Source of the DNA: a virus
Length of the DNA: 38,153 nt
UHGV virus genome: UHGV-0081093
Strand: one strand, 5' to 3'
Below the pieces are notes generated by a model, which did not search any database, was not told the origin of the DNA, and was given only the letters and a program-made list of their open reading frames with translations. Positions 9,414 to 18,785 of this stretch are shown piece after piece. Made by a program: the position numbers and the translations under genes. Position 1 is the first letter of the stretch; every line of letters begins with the position of its first letter.

Positions 9414-10991
9414 ATGGATATCAACTATGTTGTTTCAAAAATGGAGTTCGTAGATGATCTTATTAATGCAGGTTCATTTGATTCTGCCTATAAAAATGTA
9501 AAGGATATTCTTAACGGTATCGATGAGATAAATACAATCAAAGAAAATAGAATAATTATATTATCTAATTTGGCCGGAAATCTTATTGATATCGGAAGTT
9601 TTAGTAATGTAAAAAATATAGCGGAGGAAGGCTTAAATATCTTTATAAACAATAAAAATGAATTTCTGACTATAATGAAAGAATCCTTATATTACTATAA
9701 CTTGGCAAATGGAATGAGCGCAGTTCTTGATTTTAATCCTAATGACAATGCAGATATTGATAGTTTCATTAAGCTGAATGATGTAAAAAATAATTACTGG
9801 AAAGCGTTTAAACTTTCACAAGAAGATGGATGGGTGCCCCCTGATTTAATAGTTAATCTAGCTAATGTATTAAAAAAACAATATCGTATATCTGAATCAA
9901 TGGATTATTATGAACAAGCAATATCTATTGATAACTCAATTCCTCAGGCATGGGTAAACAGATCTGAGGCATTAGAATTGCTTAATGAATTATCTACAAC
10001 ATATACATATAAAATGATTAAAGAAGTTATTCGAGGTTATGAGTGTGCAATAAAGTCAGGGAAATGTTTTCCTTCATGGAAGGTTGCTCTTCAAAGAAAA
10101 ATAAAGTACAACGAAAGTATATTGAGTGAATCATGTGTATATGGCATAGAGGATATAAGTACAGATGAAAGGCTCACGCAGGAGGAGTATGATACTTTAT
10201 CAAACTACCAGAGGTTTTGTATAGATAATAATCTAATGTTGTCTGATCATTCGCTATATTGCAATTGTTATGCGTCATCTAAAGATAATATAACTATTGC
10301 TACCACCGAGGAAGGTGTGTTTGGTGATTTTATAGTGCCAATGGAAATGGTGTTAAATAGACTTAAAGCTGAGTATTCCTTAGCACGAAAAATGTTTTTT
10401 GAATATAAGGTTGATAGTGAGTTTTTTGATGAGGATTCGGAGGTATGTTATTCTGAATTGTATAATGGAGAAATATTGTATGAAAATGTTGAGAAGTTAA
10501 GGGTTGCATTTAGAGCTTGCTTTGGTATCTTGGATAAAATAGCAGTTGCTCTGTGTCAATTATTTGATTTAAAACCAGATAGAGGACATATATACTTTCA
10601 TAACTTCTGGCGGATTAGTGATGAAAAAAGAAAGCTTAAAATAAACAAAATAAATAATAAAGGATTGCTGGGTTTGTTTAGTATTGCTATGGATTTGAAT
10701 GATAAAAATGGTGAGCTTGCTTTTTTTAAAGAATGGAGGAATGATTTAGAACATAAACTGTTAGTTATTCACGAGAAAGACATGTTAGTTGATTTATATA
10801 ATTCTTATGGGTTTTTTGATGAGGTGAGGTTTGTTGAGAAAGAAAAGTTTGAGAAACAGCTCTTACAACTCATGAAAATTGTGAGATCAGCCGTTATTCT
10901 TTTTGTGTTTACCATACGTATAGAGGGGAAAAAAAGTATTCCTAAAGATATGTTGACCATTAAAAATACCATCGAGAGAAAAGTATTGTAG
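9414..10991 (+). CDS. AT-rich cargo protein with TPR-like repeats and a C-terminal HEPN-like RNDLEH motif; candidate abortive-infection / defence effector
   Basis: 525-aa ORF in a block of very low GC with N/K/I-rich codon usage, unlike the rest of the prophage; AGAGGA RBS. TPR-like segments (e.g. YYEQAISIDNSIPQAWVNRSEALELL) and RNDLEH (Rx4H) near residue 445. Located between gene A and the cos-like site. Confidence 0.7.
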   Translation: MDINYVVSKMEFVDDLINAGSFDSAYKNVKDILNGIDEINTIKENRIIILSNLAGNLIDIGSFSNVKNIAEEGLNIFINNKNEFLTIMKESLYYYNLANGMSAVLDFNPNDNADIDSFIKLNDVKNNYWKAFKLSQEDGWVPPDLIVNLANVLKKQYRISESMDYYEQAISIDNSIPQAWVNRSEALELLNELSTTYTYKMIKEVIRGYECAIKSGKCFPSWKVALQRKIKYNESILSESCVYGIEDISTDERLTQEEYDTLSNYQRFCIDNNLMLSDHSLYCNCYASSKDNITIATTEEGVFGDFIVPMEMVLNRLKAEYSLARKMFFEYKVDSEFFDEDSEVCYSELYNGEILYENVEKLRVAFRACFGILDKIAVALCQLFDLKPDRGHIYFHNFWRISDEKRKLKINKINNKGLLGLFSIAMDLNDKNGELAFFKEWRNDLEHKLLVIHEKDMLVDLYNSYGFFDEVRFVEKEKFEKQLLQLMKIVRSAVILFVFTIRIEGKKSIPKDMLTIKNTIERKVL

Positions 10992-11313
10992 TATATTTTC
11001 ATCGAGCGATGAAACGGTCTGTTTTTCTTTATAGTTTTGTCATAAAAAAGAGATTTCCTGCTTAAAATTTGGCTATTACAGAGCAACTATGTATGTTCCT
11101 CGCTCACAGTAGAGCTTCATCTTTGTAAGTCTGTATGTTTCGTTTTTCAAGTGGTCATTCAGATACGGACTTTCACTTCTCTTAGACAGTGCATGACTAT
11201 GCTGCATGAAATCGCATGATCGTTTAAGGATCGTTTTTGCTAAGGCTCGCCAGAACTAGCGGGCTTTTACGTAGAACATGCAGGTGCATGAAAACCACTA
11301 CATAAAGCGGGCA

Positions 11314-11332
11314 GGCGTGGCGGGGATACGAG
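11314..11332. other. Putative cos site core (GGCGTGGCGGGGATACGAG)
   Basis: First 13 nt match the cohesive-end sequence of P2/186 as I remember it (GGCG[A/T]GGCGGGGAAAGCA[C/T]). Lies in a 474-bp non-coding gap upstream of the Q-P packaging genes. Confidence 0.4.
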
Positions 11333-11465
11333 CGCGCGCTGTGAGCTTAAAAAGCTAAATTCTAGTTTGCTATGATTCTCAAAAATTGCGTGTTAAGCAA
11401 AATAGCTACGGTTATACTGTGTACAGAAAGAACTATCAAAATTAACAATAAAGGGAGGGGATGAG

Positions 11466-12485
11466 ATGACTGCAACTACACATCAGAAGCCTCTTAATGC
11501 TTTCTTTCGCCGAGTAGGGGCGCTTGATAGGCGTTTAGCCGAAGGGCTATCAAAGTTACTTCCTGATTGGTGGGATGATTCGCTTAATCATTCAGCGAGC
11601 ATTAGCCAGCAGGTAATTTTAGGTTTGGCAAAGTTTGCGAATCTGGATTTGGCGACGGTCGTCAATCCTACTGCTGAATTGAGATTCAATGAGTCAGTAA
11701 GAAAGTATAAACACGCGGCAAATAAATCGGTCGAAGAGTTGCAGGCTGCTACGGCTGTGGTTGATGGTATGGCAAAAATCGCAGCTTCAGTTGCTAAAAG
11801 ACCATATATGGGGCTTTCATCTGCTCGTGATATACGTGAGATAATCCTTTCTCAAGGAAAGCCTTGGGTAGATTTCCTGTCACTCTTAGAATTTGCTTGG
11901 TCTGCGGGTATCCCTGTTTTGTATATGACGGATATTCCTGCCAGGAAAAAGATGGATGCAGTTGCTATAAAGGTTTCTGATCGCCCAGTTATTGCTCTTA
12001 CAAAAAAACATAAACATGCAAGTGGTATTTTGTTTAGTTTGGCGCACGAGTTAGGGCATATCGCTTGCGGCCATCTTGAGGATAACTCATTGTTAATTGA
12101 TGAAAAAATCAATGAAGATGATGTCGAAAATCCTCAAGAAATAGAAGCCAATGCTTACGCAATAGAACTCCTTAATGGCAGACCAGATGCTGCATTCCAT
12201 AGCAATGGTTGGATTTCTGCTGAAGTGCTGGCTTCGGAAGCTTTGCGTATAGGGCGTCACAATAAGGTTGATCCTGGCCACGTAGCTTTAAATTACGCCA
12301 AAACAATGGGGCGTACGCATACAGGGAATTTTTTCCCTGTATGCGGAAGTGCATTAAACATACTTTATCCTCGTTTGGATTGGATGGAGCATGCTGCCGC
12401 AATTTTTCTTGAATATGTTGATGAAGAGAAGGTATCGGAAGACAAGTTTGAAATGTTATGCAGAATGAACAACATTGAGGTGTAA
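11466..12485 (+). CDS. Metallopeptidase-domain protein (HEXXH; ImmA/IrrE / M78-like), gene 1 of cargo operon
   Basis: 339 aa with AGGGAGGGG RBS. Contains LAHELGHIACGHLED, i.e. an HEXXH zinc-peptidase motif in a context typical of ImmA/IrrE-type domains. Confidence 0.7.
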   Translation: MTATTHQKPLNAFFRRVGALDRRLAEGLSKLLPDWWDDSLNHSASISQQVILGLAKFANLDLATVVNPTAELRFNESVRKYKHAANKSVEELQAATAVVDGMAKIAASVAKRPYMGLSSARDIREIILSQGKPWVDFLSLLEFAWSAGIPVLYMTDIPARKKMDAVAIKVSDRPVIALTKKHKHASGILFSLAHELGHIACGHLEDNSLLIDEKINEDDVENPQEIEANAYAIELLNGRPDAAFHSNGWISAEVLASEALRIGRHNKVDPGHVALNYAKTMGRTHTGNFFPVCGSALNILYPRLDWMEHAAAIFLEYVDEEKVSEDKFEMLCRMNNIEV

Positions 12486-12490
12486 CGCCA

Positions 12491-13129
12491 GTGGCTGTAT
12501 TACTTGATAATGATGTAGTACTGAAATTGGCTCAACTTGATCTGCTTGCTGATGGTTGCAAATTACTTACAAGTAAGTACGGCCAACTTTATGTTTTAGA
12601 TACGCTTTTTTATCAGTTACGAGGTAAGTCAGCTCTTCGTCGTTATGGTGCTGAGGCATTGGAACGCGTACAGCAATGCCTGTCAGAGAGGGCATTTTTG
12701 CCGTTTGAAGAGTTAATCACGGATCAACGTTTGATTGAATTACAGAACAATTTCGAGAATCTTGATGAAGGCGAGATGCGTTTGCTTCAAGGTTTAATAA
12801 ATAATCATGATCTGCTTCTATCAGGCGATAAACGCTTTTTGAAGGCAATTGCTGAGACTGGATTTATAGAGGAAGCATCTCTCAATAATCGTTTTGTATG
12901 TTTAGAACAAGTGGTTTGTTTTCTTATCAATGAGTTATCTCTTGATCATGTCAACGCAAAAGCCTCGATTGCTTTTCAGGGTGAATGTAGAGTTGATAGT
13001 GCTTTAAGAACATGTATTGGTTACGGGCGTACGCATGAGCACGTTATGGAAGGGATATTTCACCAACTTCGTGGGCTACCTGAAACTCTTCTATCAATAG
13101 AGGTGCATTGGAGTTTGACTCAACCTTAA
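12491..13129 (+). CDS. Hypothetical protein, gene 2 of cargo operon (possible PIN-like nuclease domain)
   Basis: GTG start 5 nt after the gene-1 stop. N-terminus VAVLLDNDVVLKLAQLDLL resembles the first strand/Asp of PIN domains, with further acidic positions (NLDEGE, SGDKRF) at spacings compatible with a PIN fold. Inference only. Confidence 0.6.
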   Translation: MAVLLDNDVVLKLAQLDLLADGCKLLTSKYGQLYVLDTLFYQLRGKSALRRYGAEALERVQQCLSERAFLPFEELITDQRLIELQNNFENLDEGEMRLLQGLINNHDLLLSGDKRFLKAIAETGFIEEASLNNRFVCLEQVVCFLINELSLDHVNAKASIAFQGECRVDSALRTCIGYGRTHEHVMEGIFHQLRGLPETLLSIEVHWSLTQP

Positions 13130-13184
13130 CTATATGCAAAGAACAAGAGTTTAGGGCGCATGCTAATGCGCCCTTTTGCTATAT

Positions 13185-14222
13185 TTAATCTGCACCTAAG
13201 GTATAAATCTCAAAGCTGATCACTTCCTCTCCCAGCCAGTCATTTAGCTCTTCTAGGCGCTTCTGCAGCGGCATCAGCTCGTTGCGAACAAAGACTCGGC
13301 TGGCTTTCTCCACATCCCCAAACCCCCCGACATTATTCGGCATAATCCCCATCATCTGCGGCGGCACTCGGTGTGCTGCCATCATGTCGTCCCGGCTCAC
13401 GTTCTTGATATTCAGAAACTCATCCTTCGCCGCAACTTCTGACAAAGGGATGATCTGAAGGCCGTCCTTTTTGCCGTTAGGCGAGTACATAAACAGGTTG
13501 CGGAAGTTGCCTGGACCTTTGGCGCTTTTCATCGCGTTGCGGAGGTTGTTCACATCCTCCTGATTCTGCGCGGCGTCGGTCATGTACATGATGAAGCCTG
13601 CATGGCTGCCGTTGATGTAATACTTACGGCGGAACAGCGTGGCGGACTCGTTGAGTAGGGCGGATGGAATGGCAGAAAGATAGCCGGGCAGGCCGTAGAT
13701 CTCCTGGTTGATGTCCGGTTCCATCAGATGAAAAATGCTGCCTTTCGTGAACTGATACGGCTGGGTTGTCATACCGTATTGCACAAACCAGTAGGTATCC
13801 AGGTCTAATCCGCGTCGGGTGTATTTTGCCAGAGTAGGCTCAAGGGCTATAACTTCACCGAATCGGTTCGTGCGTTTCTCTAGGTAGGCGTTACCAAATA
13901 CCAGATAGTCTTGCACAAAACGCGAAAAAGCCTGCTGGCTGAGCAGCGGATGAGGGATATAGGTACTGGTCAGAATGTTGCACTTTACTGCAATCGGGGA
14001 ACTGTGATGCACGGCGGCGCGGAAGGTGCGCGCCAGTCCGTCAAAGCTGACGGGCGGCTCATACCAACGGTCCATCTGTACGCATTCCACATAGTCCAGT
14101 AATTCTCGGCGGTCCAGAACAGGAACGGGATCGCCGAAGCTGAATGCTTCGGCTGAAGTCTGGCTTTTATGCTGGATGTGATTCATCGCCGCAGCGCGGT
14201 TTTTCTTACTCTTTCCCATCAA
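13185..14222 (-). CDS. Q: Portal protein (P2 gpQ-like)
   Basis: 345 aa, first gene after the cos-like site, overlapping the terminase gene by ATGA, as in P2. Confidence 0.8.
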   Translation of the reverse strand: MMGKSKKNRAAAMNHIQHKSQTSAEAFSFGDPVPVLDRRELLDYVECVQMDRWYEPPVSFDGLARTFRAAVHHSSPIAVKCNILTSTYIPHPLLSQQAFSRFVQDYLVFGNAYLEKRTNRFGEVIALEPTLAKYTRRGLDLDTYWFVQYGMTTQPYQFTKGSIFHLMEPDINQEIYGLPGYLSAIPSALLNESATLFRRKYYINGSHAGFIMYMTDAAQNQEDVNNLRNAMKSAKGPGNFRNLFMYSPNGKKDGLQIIPLSEVAAKDEFLNIKNVSRDDMMAAHRVPPQMMGIMPNNVGGFGDVEKASRVFVRNELMPLQKRLEELNDWLGEEVISFEIYTLGAD

Positions 14223-15985
14223 AAAATCTCCACAATATTGCTTGTATTGGCGGACTCGCCCTGCAGCGGTTCATTAAACAGTGCGTGCATCGTTGCCCAG
14301 GCCAGATCGGCGTGGCTGGCTTCTTCGCTGCGGCTGGCTTCATAGGTCGGGCGGTTGCCACTGGCGGTGGTGGCGCGACGGATTGCCATGAATGACTGCG
14401 CAATGTCGGTGTGCCCGGCGTCAAACTCCAGACGGCGGTGGCTGATAATGTCGTATGCCTTGAGTACCAGGGCGTTTTTAACGTTGGGGTTGTAGACAAA
14501 CTCCCGGACGGCAGGAAAAAACGCTTTCACGTTCTCGTAAACCCCGTGACCAACGCCGGTTGAGTCGATGCCGATATAGGTCACGTTGTACTGTTCGGTC
14601 AGTTTTTTGATGGCGTCAGCCTGGGCGCGAAAGTCCATCCCGCGCCACTGGTGACGCTCAAGAATGCGGAACTTGCCGCCCGGCACGGCTGGCGGTGCCA
14701 CCACCACGCATCCGGCACTGTCGCCGTTCTGCGTACCTTTCGCCGGGTCATAACCGATCCACACTTCGCGCCAGCCAAATGGGCGCAGTGCCAGTGCATG
14801 AAAGTCGGTCCAGACTTCCCAGCTGTCCACCATGCACGCCTGCAGCTCGCTGAGCGGGAACACGGACGCGAGATCGTCCACGAACTCGCACATCAGCAGG
14901 TTCTGGTATTCGTCCGGGCTGTACTCCATGCGCAACTGGTCAAGGTCGAACAGGTTGCAGCCGCCGCGCACCGCATCTTCCACGGTGACTATCTGGCGGT
15001 ATTGCCCGTCTGCGCACAGCAGGCCGGGGGCCAGATTGCTGTGGGACAGGTCGATGTCCACCTTATCGGCTTTGTTGCGCCCACGGTTGAACAGCGCACC
15101 GGACCAGAACGGATAAGCACTGTGTGTCAGACTGGATGGCGTGGAAAAATAGGTCTGTCGCCATTTTTTGTGAATAGCCATACCGGAAGCCACTTTGCGC
15201 AGCTCCTGGAATTTCGGTATCCAGAAATATTCATCCAGATACAGGTTGCCGTGGTAACTCTGGGCCGTGCGGGCATTGGTGCCGAGGAAGTAAAGTGTGG
15301 CCCCGTTGGGAAGCACCATCGGATCGCCTTTCAGCTCCACTTCCACTTCTTTGGCGAAGTCGATGATGTACTGCTTAAAGACGTGGGCCTGTGCCTTGCT
15401 GGCGGAAAGGAAAATCTGGTTACGTCCGGTTAGCAGGGCGTCAATCAGGGCTTCACGGGCAAAGTAAAAGGTCGCGCCGATCTGGCGTGACTTCAGCAGG
15501 TTGCGGATGCGGTTGGTTTTTCCGGCTTCCCACCAGTGGCGCTGGTAGTTGAACATGGAGGAATGGAAGATTTCTTCCAGCTTCTCAATCTGTTCATCGG
15601 TGAAAACATTCTTTTCCGGCTGACGGCGCGGGCCTTTGTTGCGGTTGGCGACGTTTGGGTTTAAGTCGGCTTCGTTGCCGCCATTGTTAAACTTGCCGAT
15701 CCGCGCGTGGCGTTCCGACTGGCGCGCCAGCAGGTCAATCTCTTTGAAATCTTTCCCTTCTTTGTGCTCCTTCATAATGAGCTGGCAGTAGCGTGCGGCG
15801 GTGGTGAGCTGCATCTGATCCAGCGGCCCATAGTCACCCCACTTGTCGCGTTTTTTCCAGCTGTGAACGGTTGCAACTTTCTCGCCCAGCATTTCAGCAA
15901 TGCGGGCTACGCGGTATCCCTGAAAGTACAGCAGCATGGCCTGCCGACGGGGATCGAGATCTGCGGGTGTCAGTGTGGTGTTCAT
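14219..15985 (-). CDS. P: Terminase large (ATPase) subunit (P2 gpP-like)
   Basis: 588 aa, the size and position of P2 gpP, divergent from the O-N-M operon. Confidence 0.85.
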   Translation of the reverse strand: MNTTLTPADLDPRRQAMLLYFQGYRVARIAEMLGEKVATVHSWKKRDKWGDYGPLDQMQLTTAARYCQLIMKEHKEGKDFKEIDLLARQSERHARIGKFNNGGNEADLNPNVANRNKGPRRQPEKNVFTDEQIEKLEEIFHSSMFNYQRHWWEAGKTNRIRNLLKSRQIGATFYFAREALIDALLTGRNQIFLSASKAQAHVFKQYIIDFAKEVEVELKGDPMVLPNGATLYFLGTNARTAQSYHGNLYLDEYFWIPKFQELRKVASGMAIHKKWRQTYFSTPSSLTHSAYPFWSGALFNRGRNKADKVDIDLSHSNLAPGLLCADGQYRQIVTVEDAVRGGCNLFDLDQLRMEYSPDEYQNLLMCEFVDDLASVFPLSELQACMVDSWEVWTDFHALALRPFGWREVWIGYDPAKGTQNGDSAGCVVVAPPAVPGGKFRILERHQWRGMDFRAQADAIKKLTEQYNVTYIGIDSTGVGHGVYENVKAFFPAVREFVYNPNVKNALVLKAYDIISHRRLEFDAGHTDIAQSFMAIRRATTASGNRPTYEASRSEEASHADLAWATMHALFNEPLQGESANTSNIVEIF

Positions 15986-16031
15986 GGCACAAACCTACAG
16001 CCTTGAATGAAGGCTTTCCCCGCCTGCGGTT

Positions 16032-16049
16032 TGTGTGGTTGTCGGTACA
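16032..16049. promoter_or_regulatory. Ogr-type late promoter activator site (TGT-N12-ACA), candidate PO (possibly shared with PP)
   Basis: TGTGTGGTTGTCGGTACA in the P/O divergent intergenic region, about 95 bp upstream of the O start, consistent with a site centred near -55. Confidence 0.55.
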
Positions 16050-16127
16050 AATACCGCGCATTGTTTCACTGCCCCCATCACCGCAACCATAAGGCTCCAG
16101 TAAGTTTTTTCTAACGGAGCACGGCTC

Positions 16128-16961
16128 ATGACAATGAAAGCAAAGCGTTTTCGCATCGGGGTGGAAGGTGCCACCACCGACGGACGCGAAATCCAGCGTG
16201 AATGGCTGGAACAGATGGCAGCCAGCTACAACCCGGCGGTGTATACCGCGCTGATTAACCTTGAGCACATCAAGTCTTATCTGCCGGACAGCACCTTTAA
16301 CCGTTACGGCAAGGTGACGGCGCTGTTTGCCGAAGAAATCACGGAAGGTCCGCTGGCAGGCAAGATGGCGCTGTATGCCGACGTTGAGCCAACGGAATCC
16401 CTGGTGGAGCTGGTGAAAAAAGGCCAGAAATTATTCACCTCTATGGAAGTCAGCCCGAAGTTCGCTGATACGGGCAAAGCCTATCTGGTCGGCCTGGCTG
16501 CCACTGATGACCCTGCCAGTCTGGGCACTGAAATGCTGACATTCAGCGCCAGTGCAGCTCATAACCCGCTGGCAAACCGCAAGCAGAATCCCGCCAATCT
16601 TTTTACAGCTGCAGAGGAAACGGTGATCGAACTGGAAGAAATCCAGGACGACAAACCGTCCCTGTTTGCCCGCGTCACGGCGCTGTTTACCAAAAAAGAG
16701 CAGTCCGATGACGCCCGGTTCTCTGATGTGCATAAGGCCGTGGAGCTGGTCGCCACTGAGCAGCAGAACCTGAGCGCACACACCGAAAAATCCCTGTCTG
16801 AGCAGGAAGAACGTCTGTCTGAGCTGGAGACTGCCCTGCAGGCACAGCAGACCGCCTTTAACGAACTGGTGGACAAGCTGAGTCATGAAGACAGCCGCCA
16901 GGACTACCGCCAGCGTGCAACAGGCGGTAACGCCCCCGCTGACACTCTGACCAATTGCTGA
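16128..16961 (+). CDS. O: Capsid scaffolding protein (P2 gpO-like)
   Basis: 277 aa; position and N-terminus (MTMKAKRFRIGVEGATTDGREI...) are typical of gpO. Confidence 0.85.
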   Translation: MTMKAKRFRIGVEGATTDGREIQREWLEQMAASYNPAVYTALINLEHIKSYLPDSTFNRYGKVTALFAEEITEGPLAGKMALYADVEPTESLVELVKKGQKLFTSMEVSPKFADTGKAYLVGLAATDDPASLGTEMLTFSASAAHNPLANRKQNPANLFTAAEETVIELEEIQDDKPSLFARVTALFTKKEQSDDARFSDVHKAVELVATEQQNLSAHTEKSLSEQEERLSELETALQAQQTAFNELVDKLSHEDSRQDYRQRATGGNAPADTLTNC

Positions 16962-16977
16962 TGGAGCACAAAACCCG

Positions 16978-18036
16978 ATGAAGAAGAATACCCGCTTTGC
17001 TTTTAACGCTTACCTGCAGCAGCTGGCGCGTCTGAATGGTGTGGCAGTTGAAGAACTGTCCAGCAAATTCACTGTGGAGCCGTCTGTGCAGCAGACGCTG
17101 GAAGACCAGATCCAGCAGTCCGCCGCTTTCCTGACGCTGATTAACGTCACGCCAGTGACTGAGCAGTCCGGTCAGCAGCTGGGGCTGGGTGTTGGCAGCA
17201 CCATTGCCGGAACCACTGACACCACCGCGAAAGAGCGTGAACCTGTCGATCCGACGCTGATGGTCGATGTGGAATATAAATGCGAGCAGACCAACTTTGA
17301 CACGGTGCTGACCTACGCGAAGCTGGACCTGTGGGCGAAGTTTCAGGATTTCCAGGTGCGTATCCGTGACGCCATCGTGAAACGTCAGGCACTGGACCGC
17401 ATCATGATCGGCTTTAACGGCGTGAAGCGTGCGAAAACCTCCAACCGTAGTGAAAACCCGCTGCTGCAGGATGTAAACAAAGGCTGGCTGCAGAAAATCC
17501 GTGAGGATGCACCGGATCACGTCATGGGCAGCACCACCACGGGCGGTGAAACCACACCGGGCGCGGTGAAAGTCGGTAAAGGTGGCGAATATGCCAACCT
17601 GGACGCCGTGGTGATGGATGCCGTTAATGAGCTTATCGACGTGGTCTACCAGGACGATGACGATCTGGTAGTGATTTGCGGCCGTGAACTGCTGTCTGAC
17701 AAGTATTTCCCGCTGGTCAACAAAGAGCAGGAAAACAGTGAAAAACTCGCTGCCGATATGATCATCAGTCAGAAACGCATGGGTGGCCTGCAGGCGGTGC
17801 GTGCGCCGTTCTTCCCGCCGAATGCACTGCTGATCACCCGTCTGGATAACCTGTCCATCTACTGGCAGGAAGACACCCGCCGCCGTTCAGTTATCGACAA
17901 CCCGAAACGTGACCGGATTGAAAACTTTGAATCCGTTAATGAAGCCTATGTGGTTGAGGACTACCGCTGCGCCGCACTGGTGGAAAACATCCAGATTGGT
18001 GATTTCAGCGCCGCCGCAGCCGAAACCGGAGCGTAA
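16978..18036 (+). CDS. N: Major capsid protein (P2 gpN-like)
   Basis: 352 aa, immediately after the scaffold gene. Confidence 0.88.
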   Translation: MKKNTRFAFNAYLQQLARLNGVAVEELSSKFTVEPSVQQTLEDQIQQSAAFLTLINVTPVTEQSGQQLGLGVGSTIAGTTDTTAKEREPVDPTLMVDVEYKCEQTNFDTVLTYAKLDLWAKFQDFQVRIRDAIVKRQALDRIMIGFNGVKRAKTSNRSENPLLQDVNKGWLQKIREDAPDHVMGSTTTGGETTPGAVKVGKGGEYANLDAVVMDAVNELIDVVYQDDDDLVVICGRELLSDKYFPLVNKEQENSEKLAADMIISQKRMGGLQAVRAPFFPPNALLITRLDNLSIYWQEDTRRRSVIDNPKRDRIENFESVNEAYVVEDYRCAALVENIQIGDFSAAAAETGA

Positions 18037-18039
18037 TCC

Positions 18040-18690
18040 ATGAGCCTGAGTCCCGCACGGCAGCATCGCCTGCGCGTTCAGGCTGAACAGGCCGCCCGCG
18101 AGGGCGGCAGTGTTCGCCACGCATCGGGCTATGACCTGATGCTGCTGCAACTGGCGGAAGACCGCCGCCGTCTCAAGGGCGTTCAGTCCACGGTCAAAAA
18201 AGCGGAAATCAAGGTGGAGCTGCTGCCGAAATATGCCGCCTGGGCGGAGGGAGTCCTGGCTGCCGGAGGCGCTCAACAGGATGACGTGCTGATGTACGTG
18301 ATGCTGTGGCGCATTGATGCCGGAGATTATGCCGGGGCGCTGGAGATCGGGCGTCATGCCCTGCGTCATGGCTGGGTGATGCCGCTGGGTAACCGCAATG
18401 TGCAGACCGTGCTGGCAGAGGAAATGGCAGACGCGGCACAGAGCGCAATGCTTGCCACTACCGGGTTTGATGCCGATCTGTTGCTGCAGACGCTGGAGCT
18501 GACAGACGGTCTGGATATGCCGGACCAGTCACGGGCGCGTCTGCATAAAGCGATTGGCGCTGTCCTGAGTGAAAGCAATCCGGCTTCCGCCCTTAATCAT
18601 CTCAACCAGGCGTTACAGCTCGATCCCCGCTGTGGCGTGAAAAAAGACAAACAGCAGCTGGAGCGCAGACTGCGCAATGACAGCCGCTGA
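18040..18690 (+). CDS. M: Terminase endonuclease/small subunit (P2 gpM-like)
   Basis: 216 aa, in the position of P2 gene M. Confidence 0.8.
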   Translation: MSLSPARQHRLRVQAEQAAREGGSVRHASGYDLMLLQLAEDRRRLKGVQSTVKKAEIKVELLPKYAAWAEGVLAAGGAQQDDVLMYVMLWRIDAGDYAGALEIGRHALRHGWVMPLGNRNVQTVLAEEMADAAQSAMLATTGFDADLLLQTLELTDGLDMPDQSRARLHKAIGAVLSESNPASALNHLNQALQLDPRCGVKKDKQQLERRLRNDSR

Positions 18691-18785
18691 CAGAACGTGC
18701 CCCCGCGCACGGGCGGCACGGGGTGGCGAAAGGCACTGCCACATCAAAACCCCGTCCACCGCCCTCTATTTCAGGAGAAAGCAGC

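Noticed and set aside
12483-12493. Possibility that the 339-aa and 212-aa cargo ORFs are a single frameshifted gene
   Set aside because: There is a clean TAA stop followed 5 nt later by an in-frame GTG start with a purine-rich stretch upstream, and the two products have different domain character. Translational coupling of two genes is the simpler reading, though a sequencing check would be cheap.
15974-15991. TGT-N12-ACA match (TGTGGTGTTCATGGCACA) next to the P/O intergenic region
   Set aside because: It overlaps the P start codon itself, so it cannot be positioned about 55 bp upstream of either divergent promoter; probably a chance match. The dyad at 16032..16049 is the credible site.
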